DNA of 64,000 bases, from positions 32,377-96,376 of the IMG/VR virus record IMGVR_UViG_3300025168_000043; one strand, given 5' to 3'. A model generated the notes under the pieces. The model was given only the letters and a program-made list of their open reading frames with translations, made no database searches and was not told where the DNA came from. The DNA comes from a virus. Below are positions 48,555 to 57,568 of this stretch, in pieces (the stretch's first letter is position 1; each line of letters begins with the position of its first letter). The translations under genes were made by a program, and so were the position numbers.

Positions 48555-50294
48555 ATGTCAATATTAAATAAATTAACTGAAGGAATCGTGAACCGCGATC
48601 TCCGTCAGGAAGGCGATGCCCTTATCTCTAAATGGGAAAAGACCGGTCTCCTCGAAGGACTCAATAATGATTCTTCGAAGAACGGAATGGCCCGACTTCT
48701 TGAAAATCAAGCCAAGCAGCTTCTGAAAGAGGCTTCTTCTATGGCAGCAGGCGATGTGGAAGGTTTTGCTTCCGTCGCATTCCCGCTCGTTCGCCGCGTG
48801 TTCGGTGGTCTTTTGGCCAACGATCTCGTTAGTGTTCAGCCGATGAGTCTCCCAAGTGGTCTCATCTTCTTCATGGACTTCACTTACAGTGACAGTCGTC
48901 TCGGTCTTACCGATGGTGAGTCTGTCTACGGTGGTGGTGTTGTGGCTAAGGGCATCCAAACAGGTGTCACGGATGTTAAGGAAAGTGGTGGTGGTTTCTA
49001 CAACCTTGCCAATGCTTACTCGCATCCTACTGCCTCTGTGACTGTCCAGATGGACAATGTTGTTGTCGCCGGTTCAACCGTTGCGGCTACCACTACAGAT
49101 GCAAACAAGAAGCTGATTCGTTTCGACCCGGACATTCTTGGTGATAGTACAAACCGTATTGCTGTTTTCAAAGGCGACAATGTTGTTGGTACTGATCTTC
49201 CAAATCTCAACAGAGATATGGTGACTGCAATCGAGGCAACGGCTGGTACGTTCAACCTTGGTAACGGTACTCAAGCTCGTCGTCTGACTTTCATCGATGC
49301 CGATGACAAGTTGAACGTCGTTTTCTTCAGAACTGGTGGCGCTATTACAGATCCAACCAGTACACAGACTCTCGTTCTTAGTTACCCAATTGCCGATAAG
49401 TTCGACAATGGTGGAGCTACTCCGGGTTCTGTGGTCGGTGGCGATCCTTGGGGCCTTGAAGAAGCTACTAATGCTACTCAAGCTTCCTCTGCATCAGGCG
49501 CTGGAGCCAAAGATGTCATCCCTGAGATCGACATTAAGGTGGACTCGGTTGCTGTGACAGCGATGACCAAGAAACTGAAGGCCAAATGGTCGCCAGAACT
49601 CGGTCAAGACTTGAATGCATACCACAACCTCGACGCTGAAGTTGAGTTGACCTCGATCCTGTCGGAGCAAATTGCTCTTGAGATCGATCGTGAGATCGTG
49701 AACGACTTGATCCAAGGTGCAACTGCTGGTACATTCTACTGGTCGCGCTCTCCGGGCCTCTTCGTGAACCGCACAACTGGTGTTGAAATCGGCGCTGCTT
49801 CGGCTGCTCCTGACTTCACTGGTACGGTTTCCGAGTGGTATGAAACCCTCATTGAGACCATCAATGATGTGTCGGCTCGTATTCATGTGAAGACTCTTCG
49901 CGGCGGTGCAAACTTCCTCGTGACCTCACCTGAAGTTGCTAACATCCTTGAGTTCACCGCTGGCTTCCGTGCTAGTGTGACTGCTGACTCCGATCGCGGT
50001 ACCGCAGGTGCAATCAACGTCGGTTCTATCTCTAAGAAGTTCGACATCTATGTCGATCCTTACTTCCCACGGAACGTCGTACTCGTCGGCCGTAAGGGTG
50101 GTAGCTTCCTTGAGTCGGGCTATGTTTACGCTCCGTATGTGCCCCTACAGGTCACGCCAACTATCTTCGGCACCGAGGACTTCGTACCTCGTAAGGGCGT
50201 CTTGACGCGCTACGCCAAGAAGATGGTCCGTCCTGATATGTACGGTCTGGTTATTTGTCGCGGACTCCTTGGTGAAGCTGGTGCAACTAGCTAA
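48555..50294 (+). CDS. Major capsid protein (T4 gp23-like)
   Basis: KWEKTGLLEGL, ARLLENQ, PLVRRVF...VSVQPMSLPSGLIF, KLKAKWSPELGQDLNAYH, YAPYVPL, PRKGVLTRY; SD aggagg, ATG 48555. Confidence 0.96.
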   Translation: MSILNKLTEGIVNRDLRQEGDALISKWEKTGLLEGLNNDSSKNGMARLLENQAKQLLKEASSMAAGDVEGFASVAFPLVRRVFGGLLANDLVSVQPMSLPSGLIFFMDFTYSDSRLGLTDGESVYGGGVVAKGIQTGVTDVKESGGGFYNLANAYSHPTASVTVQMDNVVVAGSTVAATTTDANKKLIRFDPDILGDSTNRIAVFKGDNVVGTDLPNLNRDMVTAIEATAGTFNLGNGTQARRLTFIDADDKLNVVFFRTGGAITDPTSTQTLVLSYPIADKFDNGGATPGSVVGGDPWGLEEATNATQASSASGAGAKDVIPEIDIKVDSVAVTAMTKKLKAKWSPELGQDLNAYHNLDAEVELTSILSEQIALEIDREIVNDLIQGATAGTFYWSRSPGLFVNRTTGVEIGAASAAPDFTGTVSEWYETLIETINDVSARIHVKTLRGGANFLVTSPEVANILEFTAGFRASVTADSDRGTAGAINVGSISKKFDIYVDPYFPRNVVLVGRKGGSFLESGYVYAPYVPLQVTPTIFGTEDFVPRKGVLTRYAKKMVRPDMYGLVICRGLLGEAGATS

Positions 50295-50318
50295 TCCATA
50301 AAGATTGCTTGACAATCT

Positions 50319-50349
50319 AACCCGCTCTCTTCGGAGGGCGGGTTTTTTT
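50319..50349 (+). terminator. Rho-independent terminator after MCP
   Basis: AACCCGCTCTC-TTCG-GAGGGCGGGTT followed by T run. Confidence 0.9.
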
Positions 50350-50400
50350 ATGCTTATACTAAACTAAGAAACTATTTATAAGTGACTTGGAAATACTCTC

Positions 50401-50457
50401 CGGGGTCGAGGCCACTGACCCTTGAAGAAATCTGACCGAAGTGGCTGGTCTTTTTTC
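50401..50457 (+). ncRNA. Candidate structured RNA: two hairpins with complementary (kissing) loops
   Basis: Stem GGGGTC/GACCCT with loop GAGGCCACT; stem GACC/GGTC with loop GAAGTGGCT; loops pair over 7 nt; late motif at 50370 just upstream. Confidence 0.55.
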
Positions 50458-50507
50458 GTGATTATTAACAAGTTATCGATAACTTAACTTAAAAGGAGAA
50501 ATTAAAA

Positions 50508-51038
50508 ATGGGAAGTCGAAGAATAGGATTAGCGCGATTTGAGGCGTTGCTAGAAGCGGTCGATAGAGACCTCAATCTTGAAAACTCAACATTAACTAAC
50601 TGTACAATCACAACAAACGCAGCGTGTACTTTCACCGGTACAACCCGTCTGCTTCACACCTCTGGCGTCATCAGACACCAAGGCGCCGAAGCGACGACTG
50701 CCGATGATACGGCGGTTGTCACAGCAGCAAACGTTTTGACACAAATCGTCAAGTGTACCCCCGGAGCCGACCGAAGCAAAGCTACCGATACAGCAGCTAA
50801 CTTTGTTTCAGGGCTAAATCTAACAGCGGATAATGATTCGTTTGATTTTCACTTCATTAACTTAGCTACTGATGGAACATCTGCCGTTACGTTAACCGCC
50901 GGCTCAGGTGTGACTCTTGTCGGTCGTATGGTTATTATGGCACAGGATGCAGCCGAGGATGCAGTTGCGGAAGGTGTTGCTACTTTCCGTGTTCGTCGTA
51001 CTGGCGCTACAGCCGTTACGATTTATCGTATTGGCTAG
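50508..51038 (+). CDS. Virion protein, possibly capsid decoration
   Basis: 176 aa Thr/Ala-rich beta protein right after MCP; SD aaggag; followed by a terminator. Confidence 0.5.
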   Translation: MGSRRIGLARFEALLEAVDRDLNLENSTLTNCTITTNAACTFTGTTRLLHTSGVIRHQGAEATTADDTAVVTAANVLTQIVKCTPGADRSKATDTAANFVSGLNLTADNDSFDFHFINLATDGTSAVTLTAGSGVTLVGRMVIMAQDAAEDAVAEGVATFRVRRTGATAVTIYRIG

Positions 51039-51060
51039 TATCATCTGAGACTATGAAACA

Positions 51061-51095
51061 GGCCCCCTTCCAGTTTTGGTTGGGGGTTTTTTTTT
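51061..51095 (+). terminator. Rho-independent terminator
   Basis: GGCCCCC...GGGGGTT followed by long T run. Confidence 0.75.
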
Positions 51096-51096
51096 A

Positions 51097-51125
51097 TTGA
51101 CACATATAACATATTGTGTTATAAT
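51097..51125 (+). promoter_or_regulatory. Consensus sigma70 promoter
   Basis: TTGACA, 17 bp, TATAAT with TG extension. Confidence 0.85.
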
Positions 51126-51149
51126 AAAGTATTGAGACAAGGAGTAGGC

Positions 51150-51311
51150 ATGTCAGAGACAGAGACAATAAATATTAGTCTACAAGATAGACTTGAGTTA
51201 TTAGAGCAGCAAGTAAAAGAGTTAGTAGGACGACAAAACAATATATTGCAACATTTGCGAGAATTAATCTCAACACTCGCAGAAATCCAACCGGATTATT
51301 ATGAAGAATAG
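51150..51311 (+). CDS. Small coiled-coil protein, separately promoted (moron-like)
   Basis: ATG 51150 after SD aaggag; LQDRLELLEQQVKELVGRQNNILQHLREL heptads. Confidence 0.6.
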   Translation: MSETETINISLQDRLELLEQQVKELVGRQNNILQHLRELISTLAEIQPDYYEE

Positions 51312-51350
51312 AACTATTTATTATAACCCTCTGGGTTGAAGGAACAAAAA

Positions 51351-51593
51351 ATGAAGTTTATATCACGCGCAAAGCGCAAGGCACTTGAAGAGAAGCTGGC
51401 TACACTCGATAAACAGAGTGCAGAAGCAAAAGAAATCAGGGGGAGCTTAGGCTGGGGTGAACCAGAGCCACCGGCACCACCACCTGCTCCACCTAAACCT
51501 AAAGCAAAGCCTGTTCCAAAAGCAAAGGCAGCACCGAAAAAGGCTCCCGCTGCTAAGAAGCCGGCTACAAAGAAAAAGACAACTAAAAAATAA
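51351..51593 (+). CDS. Small basic protein with Pro/Lys/Ala-rich (histone H1-like) tail
   Basis: PKPKAKPVPKAKAAPKKAPAAKKPATKKKTTKK; late motif at 51312; SD aagga. Confidence 0.6.
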   Translation: MKFISRAKRKALEEKLATLDKQSAEAKEIRGSLGWGEPEPPAPPPAPPKPKAKPVPKAKAAPKKAPAAKKPATKKKTTKK

Positions 51594-51630
51594 AAGTAAC
51601 TTTTAATAACGATTTGGTTGTTGGCACCCG

Positions 51631-51663
51631 GCCCCTCACCTTATTGGTGGGGGGTTTTGTTTT
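51631..51663 (+). terminator. Rho-independent terminator
   Basis: CCCCTCACC-TTATT-GGTGGGGGG then TTTTGTTTT. Confidence 0.75.
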
Positions 51664-51698
51664 GTGTAAACTATTTATACTGTATAGGAGAAAAACGT

Positions 51699-53012
51699 AT
51701 GGCTGTACCTACTCTAACACCTGCTAGCACGACAAGTAAGGTTATACTGACATCAACAGGTAGCACCGAAGCTACTGGCAACGGTGCAGCATCCGCAACT
51801 CATTATCCTTTTGGGATATACGTTGATACGACATCAGCCTTGTTCGATGCTAACTTCATTTCAGGTGCCTCAGATCAAGTTGCGTACACTTATAAAAAGC
51901 TTGGGGGTGATGTTCTAGATATTGAACTTACAGTAGGAAATGTTTACGCAGCCTACGAAGAGTCTGTTTTAGAATATACTTATCATATAAATAAACATCA
52001 AGCAAAGAATGTTCTTGGTAGCCTATTGGGCTTTGCCACTGGAACCTTTGATCATGACGGCCAAATGACCGGTGGCGATGCCTCTGGTTCAGCAGTTAAC
52101 TTGGCTTTTCCTAAGTTTAAGGTTGAATATGCTAGGAAAGTTGGAGAGGGTTTTGCAGAAGAAGCAGGCATTGGCGGAGATAATACTTTTTACTCTGCAT
52201 CGTTCGCTCTAACTTCTGGTGTGCAGGACTATGATTTACAAACAATTATATCACGATCCGCAACTACAAATGTAGACGAAGCATCAGGCGGGTCAGTTCC
52301 ATACGCTGATTTGGTTGGCAATAGAAAAGTAAAAATTCAAAAAGTGTTTTATAAAACCCCCGGTTCTATGTGGAGGTTTTATGGTTATTATGGCGGTCTT
52401 AATGTAGTAGGCAATCTCAACTACTATGGACAGTATTCAGATGATAGTACTTTTGAAATAATACCTGTATGGCAAAATAAACTTCAAGCTATGGCATATG
52501 AAGACCATCTGTTTACAAGATTATCCCATTATTCTTATGAGCTTTTTAATAATAAATTAAGACTCTTTCCTATTCCTCATGGATTTATTCCTCATATGTG
52601 GGTTCAGTTTACGATAGATAGTCAGCCTTGGACAGAGGATTCAGACAGAAAGAATGGCACAGACGGTATTAATAACATGAACACTCTGCCGTTCGATAAT
52701 ATACCCTATAAGAACGTTAACGCCATTGGCAAGCATTGGATCCGTCGTTACGCTCTCGCGCTCTGTAAGGAGATGCTAGGCCAGATTCGCGGCAAGTTTG
52801 GTGGTAGTATCCCAATCCCCGGTGATAATGTAACTCTCAACTCAGCCGACCTCTTGGGACAAGCAAAAGAAGAGCAAGATTATCTCAAGGAAGAGTTAAA
52901 AACTATTCTAGATGAAATGACCTACAATGCCCTCGCAAAACAAGACGCTGAAAAGATTGAAGCCATAGACAAGGTGAACGGCGGTATTCCATTAATGATT
53001 TATCAGGGGTAA
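51699..53012 (+). CDS. Neck/head-tail adaptor protein (T4 gp13-like)
   Basis: KKLGGDVLDIELT, WIRRYALALCKEMLGQIRGKF...IPGDNVTLN; ATG 51699 after SD aggag and late motif 51669. Confidence 0.8.
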   Translation: MAVPTLTPASTTSKVILTSTGSTEATGNGAASATHYPFGIYVDTTSALFDANFISGASDQVAYTYKKLGGDVLDIELTVGNVYAAYEESVLEYTYHINKHQAKNVLGSLLGFATGTFDHDGQMTGGDASGSAVNLAFPKFKVEYARKVGEGFAEEAGIGGDNTFYSASFALTSGVQDYDLQTIISRSATTNVDEASGGSVPYADLVGNRKVKIQKVFYKTPGSMWRFYGYYGGLNVVGNLNYYGQYSDDSTFEIIPVWQNKLQAMAYEDHLFTRLSHYSYELFNNKLRLFPIPHGFIPHMWVQFTIDSQPWTEDSDRKNGTDGINNMNTLPFDNIPYKNVNAIGKHWIRRYALALCKEMLGQIRGKFGGSIPIPGDNVTLNSADLLGQAKEEQDYLKEELKTILDEMTYNALAKQDAEKIEAIDKVNGGIPLMIYQG

Positions 53013-53016
53013 ATAA

Positions 53017-53511
53017 ATGTCAAACGAGAATAAATGGTCACAACCTGATGCCCCACCTCCCCCAATGTTTGCAGGGAAGAAGGAAAGAGATCTCGTAAAG
53101 CAAGTTAATGATGAACTGATTGAACGAGTCATAGGTCAAACCGTCGCCTATTATCCAATAGACACTCAAACAACAAACTTTCACTCTCTCTATGGAGAGG
53201 CTATTCACAAAAACTTTTTGCCTCCCATCCGAGTTAATGCTCTTGTAGAATTTGATGGGATAAACACAAAGTTCGAAAATAGTATAGGTTTAGATAAGAC
53301 CACAGAGATCACAGTCCACTTCCATAAGCGGCGCCTAACCGAAGACCAAGACCTTTTTGTGCGAGAAGGCGACTTCGTGGTATACGGAAAGTTTTTCTAC
53401 GAGATAGTTAGTTTATCGGAACCAAGACCGCTTTACGGTCAAGTAGATCATCTTTTAGAGATTTCTGCTAAATGTATTCGAGCACGAGAGGATTTATTCG
53501 ATGCCAGTTAA
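53017..53511 (+). CDS. Neck/head-closure protein (T4 gp14-like)
   Basis: ELIERVIGQTVAYY...LYGEA...REGDFV; synteny after gp13-like gene. Confidence 0.7.
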   Translation: MSNENKWSQPDAPPPPMFAGKKERDLVKQVNDELIERVIGQTVAYYPIDTQTTNFHSLYGEAIHKNFLPPIRVNALVEFDGINTKFENSIGLDKTTEITVHFHKRRLTEDQDLFVREGDFVVYGKFFYEIVSLSEPRPLYGQVDHLLEISAKCIRAREDLFDAS

Positions 53512-54436
53512 AAAACCAGACTACTCGTTTACAGACTTGCCAGATCATGGCGATGTATTAAAAGACCTAACTTTTATGCCTTCAACCGCCGAGAATATCG
53601 ATCAGGCCATATTTAAATTTATCAACGAAGAGCTTGATTTATTCACAACCACAAATAAAGGCAGAAAAAAGGTCCCTGTTATTTGGGTTTCGGCTGAACG
53701 AGCCCATCAAATAAAGAACAATCGAGACCTGCGAGATAACAATGGAGTGTTAAAGCTCCCGCTTATTACTGTCGAGAGAACAGGGCTAACGAAAGATCCA
53801 GCATTTAAGGGTACTTGGCAGGCACATATGCCAGATTTTGCCAAAAGCTACCACAGGGTTAGAAGGGTCAATGTTCCAGCAGCCAGAAGAATAAACCAAG
53901 AAAAAACGTCAAACTTTGCAAACGCTTTTTCAGCAAGAAAGTCAGGACAGAACCAACAAACTGGTATAGGACAACGAAACTTCCCAGCCCGGCCTAATAG
54001 AAAGAACCCAACGGTTCTAGAAACCATATACTTGCCAATACCTATATGGGTTAACGCAACTTATTCTTTAAAGTTAAGAACTCAATATATACAACAGATG
54101 AATGATCTAACACAGCCATTCTATACTTTTACGGGGCAGATGAATTCCTTCTTCGCAACTAACGAGGGTCATAGATATGAAGGATTTGTTGAAGGTGATT
54201 TTGGTAAAACAAATAATATCGCTGAAATGGGGGAAGAGGAAAGAACTTATGTTACAGATGTCAACTTAAAGGTTCTTGGTTATCTTATGGGAGAGGGTTC
54301 CAACGACAAAAAACCCAAGGTCACAGTAACTCAAAACTTTGTGGATGTTAAAATACCAAGAGAAAGAGTTATAGTTGGAGACATAAATGAGTTCTTGAGA
54401 GAGGATGAGGAAGGAAAAGGTTTTTATAGAGAGTAG
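53501..54436 (+). CDS. Tail terminator/sheath stabiliser (T4 gp15-like)
   Basis: KVPVIWVSAER...LKLPLITVER...PIWVNATY...QMNDL; position before sheath. Confidence 0.68.
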   Translation: MPVKKPDYSFTDLPDHGDVLKDLTFMPSTAENIDQAIFKFINEELDLFTTTNKGRKKVPVIWVSAERAHQIKNNRDLRDNNGVLKLPLITVERTGLTKDPAFKGTWQAHMPDFAKSYHRVRRVNVPAARRINQEKTSNFANAFSARKSGQNQQTGIGQRNFPARPNRKNPTVLETIYLPIPIWVNATYSLKLRTQYIQQMNDLTQPFYTFTGQMNSFFATNEGHRYEGFVEGDFGKTNNIAEMGEEERTYVTDVNLKVLGYLMGEGSNDKKPKVTVTQNFVDVKIPRERVIVGDINEFLREDEEGKGFYRE

Positions 54437-54514
54437 GGTTTTTGCCCCCGCACAATACTATTTATAAAGAGAAAGGAACCATATTGAGACTATTTGGTTT
54501 AAGGAGACATAATA

Positions 54515-57500
54515 ATGCCATCAGACGCTAGAAAATTTAGATTCGTATCCCCCGGTATCTTCATCAATGAAATTGATCAGTCACAGATCCCTGCTATCCC
54601 TGATGCAGTTGGCCCTGTAGTCATCGGCCGCGCCGAAAAAGGCCCCGGAATGATCCCAACAAAAGTTGGTTCATTTTCCGAGTTTGTCGAAAGATTTGGA
54701 AACCCACTTTCTGGTATAGGCACAGATGGTGATGTTTGGCGTCTAGGCAACGGCTACGCTGCTCCATCGTATGGCGCATACGCCGCACAAGCATATCTCC
54801 GAGCAGGCGTAGGTCCTGTTACTTTCGTCCGTCTCATGGGCACACAGTCTCCTGACGCCACTGAGGCTGGTAAAGCTGGTTGGACAACCACTGCTGCATC
54901 TCCTTCTACAGACCCCGCTACAAATGGTGGTGCTTACGGTCTCTTCATTTTTGATTCTGGGTCAGCCGTTGATACCGTTAACACTGGTTCTTTAGCAGCC
55001 GTATGGTACCTTAATAGTGGCGCAATCGTTCTTTCTGGTACTCTCGCAGGCGCTTACGACACAGGTGTTACCCAAACTACAGCCTCCGCAGGCGCTGTTA
55101 TCAAGGCCACCAATGGCGAGTTTAAAGCGCAGATTTATAGTGCTGCTGGAACACCTGCTAGTTCAATCGAAGCCGAGACTGGCAAACTAGAAGATATCAC
55201 CTTTAACCTTACTGAAGGCAGTCGGCACTTTATCCGTAACGTGTTCAATACGAACCCTGAGAACGCCGGCGCAATGGCAGACTCAAACAGTACTAAGACT
55301 TACTGGTTAGGGCAGACTTTTGAAAACTATATGGCCCGAGCCGGCAACGGTGGTTCTTCTTTAGCTGGAACAGATTCATATGGTGTTATTCTAGCGGTTG
55401 CTAACGGTGCTGGTGAAAACGGCCCTCATGAGCAAAGAATACCATACCGTGATGCTCACTCTGGGTGGTTCTTTGCACAAAGTCTCAACGCTGATACTGG
55501 CTCATATACACATGCAGCACAGAAGAAACTATTTAAGTTTGTTGGTATCAACGGCCATGGCGCTTGGTTGCACAGAAATCTTAAGATTTCTATCAGCAAC
55601 ATCAAAGCCCCCAGTAACGACAATGTGAAATATGGTACTTTCGACGTCGAGATTCGAAAAGCTCAAGACGGAGATCTTGGTCCAGTTATTCTTGAAAGAT
55701 TCTCTAACTGTAACCTGAACCCTGTAAGTGCTAACTTCATCGCGCGCCAAATCGGTGATGTTTCATTAGAATTTGATACAACTGAAAATCGTTACCGAGA
55801 GTTTGGTGATTATCCAAATAACTCTGAGTACGTTCGTGTTGTTCTTCATGATAATGTTGGAACTGTAGACTCTAAATATCTTCCATTTGGTGTTTTTGGT
55901 CCGCCAAAATATCCAAACTGGTTCTTTCAATCTGGCTCCATAGGCACCGCAAACGGAAACCCAACTGCCAATGCATTTGCACAAGGCGGTAATACTATTC
56001 CACACAGCATGGCCACTGATGCTACCGCTATTTTATCCGGCGCACTTGGCCTAGCAGGCGATCGCGGCGCTTACGGAACCGCATCTATCGAGTACCCAGA
56101 GGTTCTTACTCGACTAAGTTGTTCTAATGGTGCCGACGGCGCTAATCCAACTACTAATGCTTACTTTGGATTACAAACATCTAAGTCTAGAACAAGCACA
56201 GTGTTTGATCCGGGTTATGTTGATTATCTTCGCCCTCTCGGTGCTGATATTGTTACGGATGCATTGTGGGTTGATGATTTTGGTATTAACGGCTATACAA
56301 GCCCGCTTGTTCCTCAATTCAACTTTACTCTTGATGAAATTTATGTTACAACTGGTTCTGCATACTCGGCTGTAACCCCCACTAATAATATCGAAGATGC
56401 AGCATATATCGCTGGTTCCTTCGTGAACGGAACTTCATTTACTGCGACTAGCTCCATCGGAGGCGCCGCTAACTATGAAAACATTCTAAACGCTAAGATT
56501 AATCGCTTTACATCACCTCTCTTCGGAGGGTTTGATGGTGTTGACATTACTGAACGCGACCCATTCCGGAATACCCTTATTGATGGTACAACACCTACAG
56601 AGCAAACAAACTATGTTTTCTTCTCTCTCCGTCGCGCAATCAATACTATTGCGGATGCCGAGGTTGTGGAGATGAACGCAGCTACTATTCCCGGCCTCTG
56701 GCATGAAGAGACCACCAAGTATCTTATTGATACTTGCGAAGCTCGCGGCGATTCCTTGGCCATTATTGATATTAAGGGCGGCTTCCTCCCAAGGCATGAG
56801 AGCACTAGCTCCAAGTCTGCCAGAAAAGGACAACTTGGTGATGTTCTTACCAATATCAAAGCTCGTAATCTTAACTCCTCCTATGGTGCAGCTTATTATC
56901 CGTGGGTTAAGGTTAGAGATGATCAGACCGGAACTATTGTTAACATGCCTCCTTCGGTTGTTGCCCTCGGCGTTCTTGCTAACACAGAGAGAGCAGCAGA
57001 TGTCTGGTTCGCACCAGCAGGCTTCCGTAGAGGTGGTTTGTCCCTTGGAGCAGCCGGCCTCACAGTTAGCGGAGTTGAGACTAAGTTAACTTCACGCAAC
57101 AGAGACGACCTCTACGAAGTGAACGTTAATCCGATTGCTAGCTTCCCCGCAGAAGGAGTTGTGGTCTTCGGACAGAAGACTCTACAGGCTACTCAGTCGG
57201 CTCTCGACCGCATCAACGTGCGTCGTCTGTTGATCTTCCTCAAACGAGGAATCTCTAGAATCTCTAGCACCACATTGTTCCAACCGAACGTTCAAGCTAC
57301 TTGGAATAACTTCAAGTCCAGAGCAGATCAGTTCTTGGGCGATGTCCAAACTAGATTCGGTCTCGATGACTTCCGAGTTGTTCTTGACGAAACCACCACT
57401 ACTCCTGACTTAGTTGATCGTAACATCTTGTATGCTAAGATCTTTGTCAAGCCTACAAGAGCCATTGAGTTCATTGCTATTGACTTCATTATTACACGGT

Positions 57501-57523
57501 CAGGTGCGTCTTTCGACGACTAA
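54515..57523 (+). CDS. Tail sheath protein (T4 gp18-like)
   Basis: FVSPGIFINEIDQS, GRAEKGP, YYPWV, WFAPAGFRRG, GQKTLQ...SALDRINVRRL, KPTRAIEFIAIDF. Confidence 0.95.
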   Translation: MPSDARKFRFVSPGIFINEIDQSQIPAIPDAVGPVVIGRAEKGPGMIPTKVGSFSEFVERFGNPLSGIGTDGDVWRLGNGYAAPSYGAYAAQAYLRAGVGPVTFVRLMGTQSPDATEAGKAGWTTTAASPSTDPATNGGAYGLFIFDSGSAVDTVNTGSLAAVWYLNSGAIVLSGTLAGAYDTGVTQTTASAGAVIKATNGEFKAQIYSAAGTPASSIEAETGKLEDITFNLTEGSRHFIRNVFNTNPENAGAMADSNSTKTYWLGQTFENYMARAGNGGSSLAGTDSYGVILAVANGAGENGPHEQRIPYRDAHSGWFFAQSLNADTGSYTHAAQKKLFKFVGINGHGAWLHRNLKISISNIKAPSNDNVKYGTFDVEIRKAQDGDLGPVILERFSNCNLNPVSANFIARQIGDVSLEFDTTENRYREFGDYPNNSEYVRVVLHDNVGTVDSKYLPFGVFGPPKYPNWFFQSGSIGTANGNPTANAFAQGGNTIPHSMATDATAILSGALGLAGDRGAYGTASIEYPEVLTRLSCSNGADGANPTTNAYFGLQTSKSRTSTVFDPGYVDYLRPLGADIVTDALWVDDFGINGYTSPLVPQFNFTLDEIYVTTGSAYSAVTPTNNIEDAAYIAGSFVNGTSFTATSSIGGAANYENILNAKINRFTSPLFGGFDGVDITERDPFRNTLIDGTTPTEQTNYVFFSLRRAINTIADAEVVEMNAATIPGLWHEETTKYLIDTCEARGDSLAIIDIKGGFLPRHESTSSKSARKGQLGDVLTNIKARNLNSSYGAAYYPWVKVRDDQTGTIVNMPPSVVALGVLANTERAADVWFAPAGFRRGGLSLGAAGLTVSGVETKLTSRNRDDLYEVNVNPIASFPAEGVVVFGQKTLQATQSALDRINVRRLLIFLKRGISRISSTTLFQPNVQATWNNFKSRADQFLGDVQTRFGLDDFRVVLDETTTTPDLVDRNILYAKIFVKPTRAIEFIAIDFIITRSGASFDD

Positions 57524-57568
57524 AAAACATTTGAGTACTATTTAAGATAGATAGGGAGACACTATAAC

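Noticed and set aside
40317-50294. Introns or inteins in terminase, portal or MCP
   Set aside because: The ORFs are continuous and of normal size, with no C...HN intein ends or homing-endonuclease motifs noticed.
50309-50314. TTGACA after the MCP stop as a sigma70 promoter
   Set aside because: There is no -10 box at 16-18 bp; that position falls inside the terminator hairpin.
50401-50457. Hammerhead ribozyme or c-di-GMP-II riboswitch identity for the structured RNA
   Set aside because: The CUGAnGA/GAAA core and the kink-turn consensus are not properly present; it is left as an unassigned kissing-loop element.
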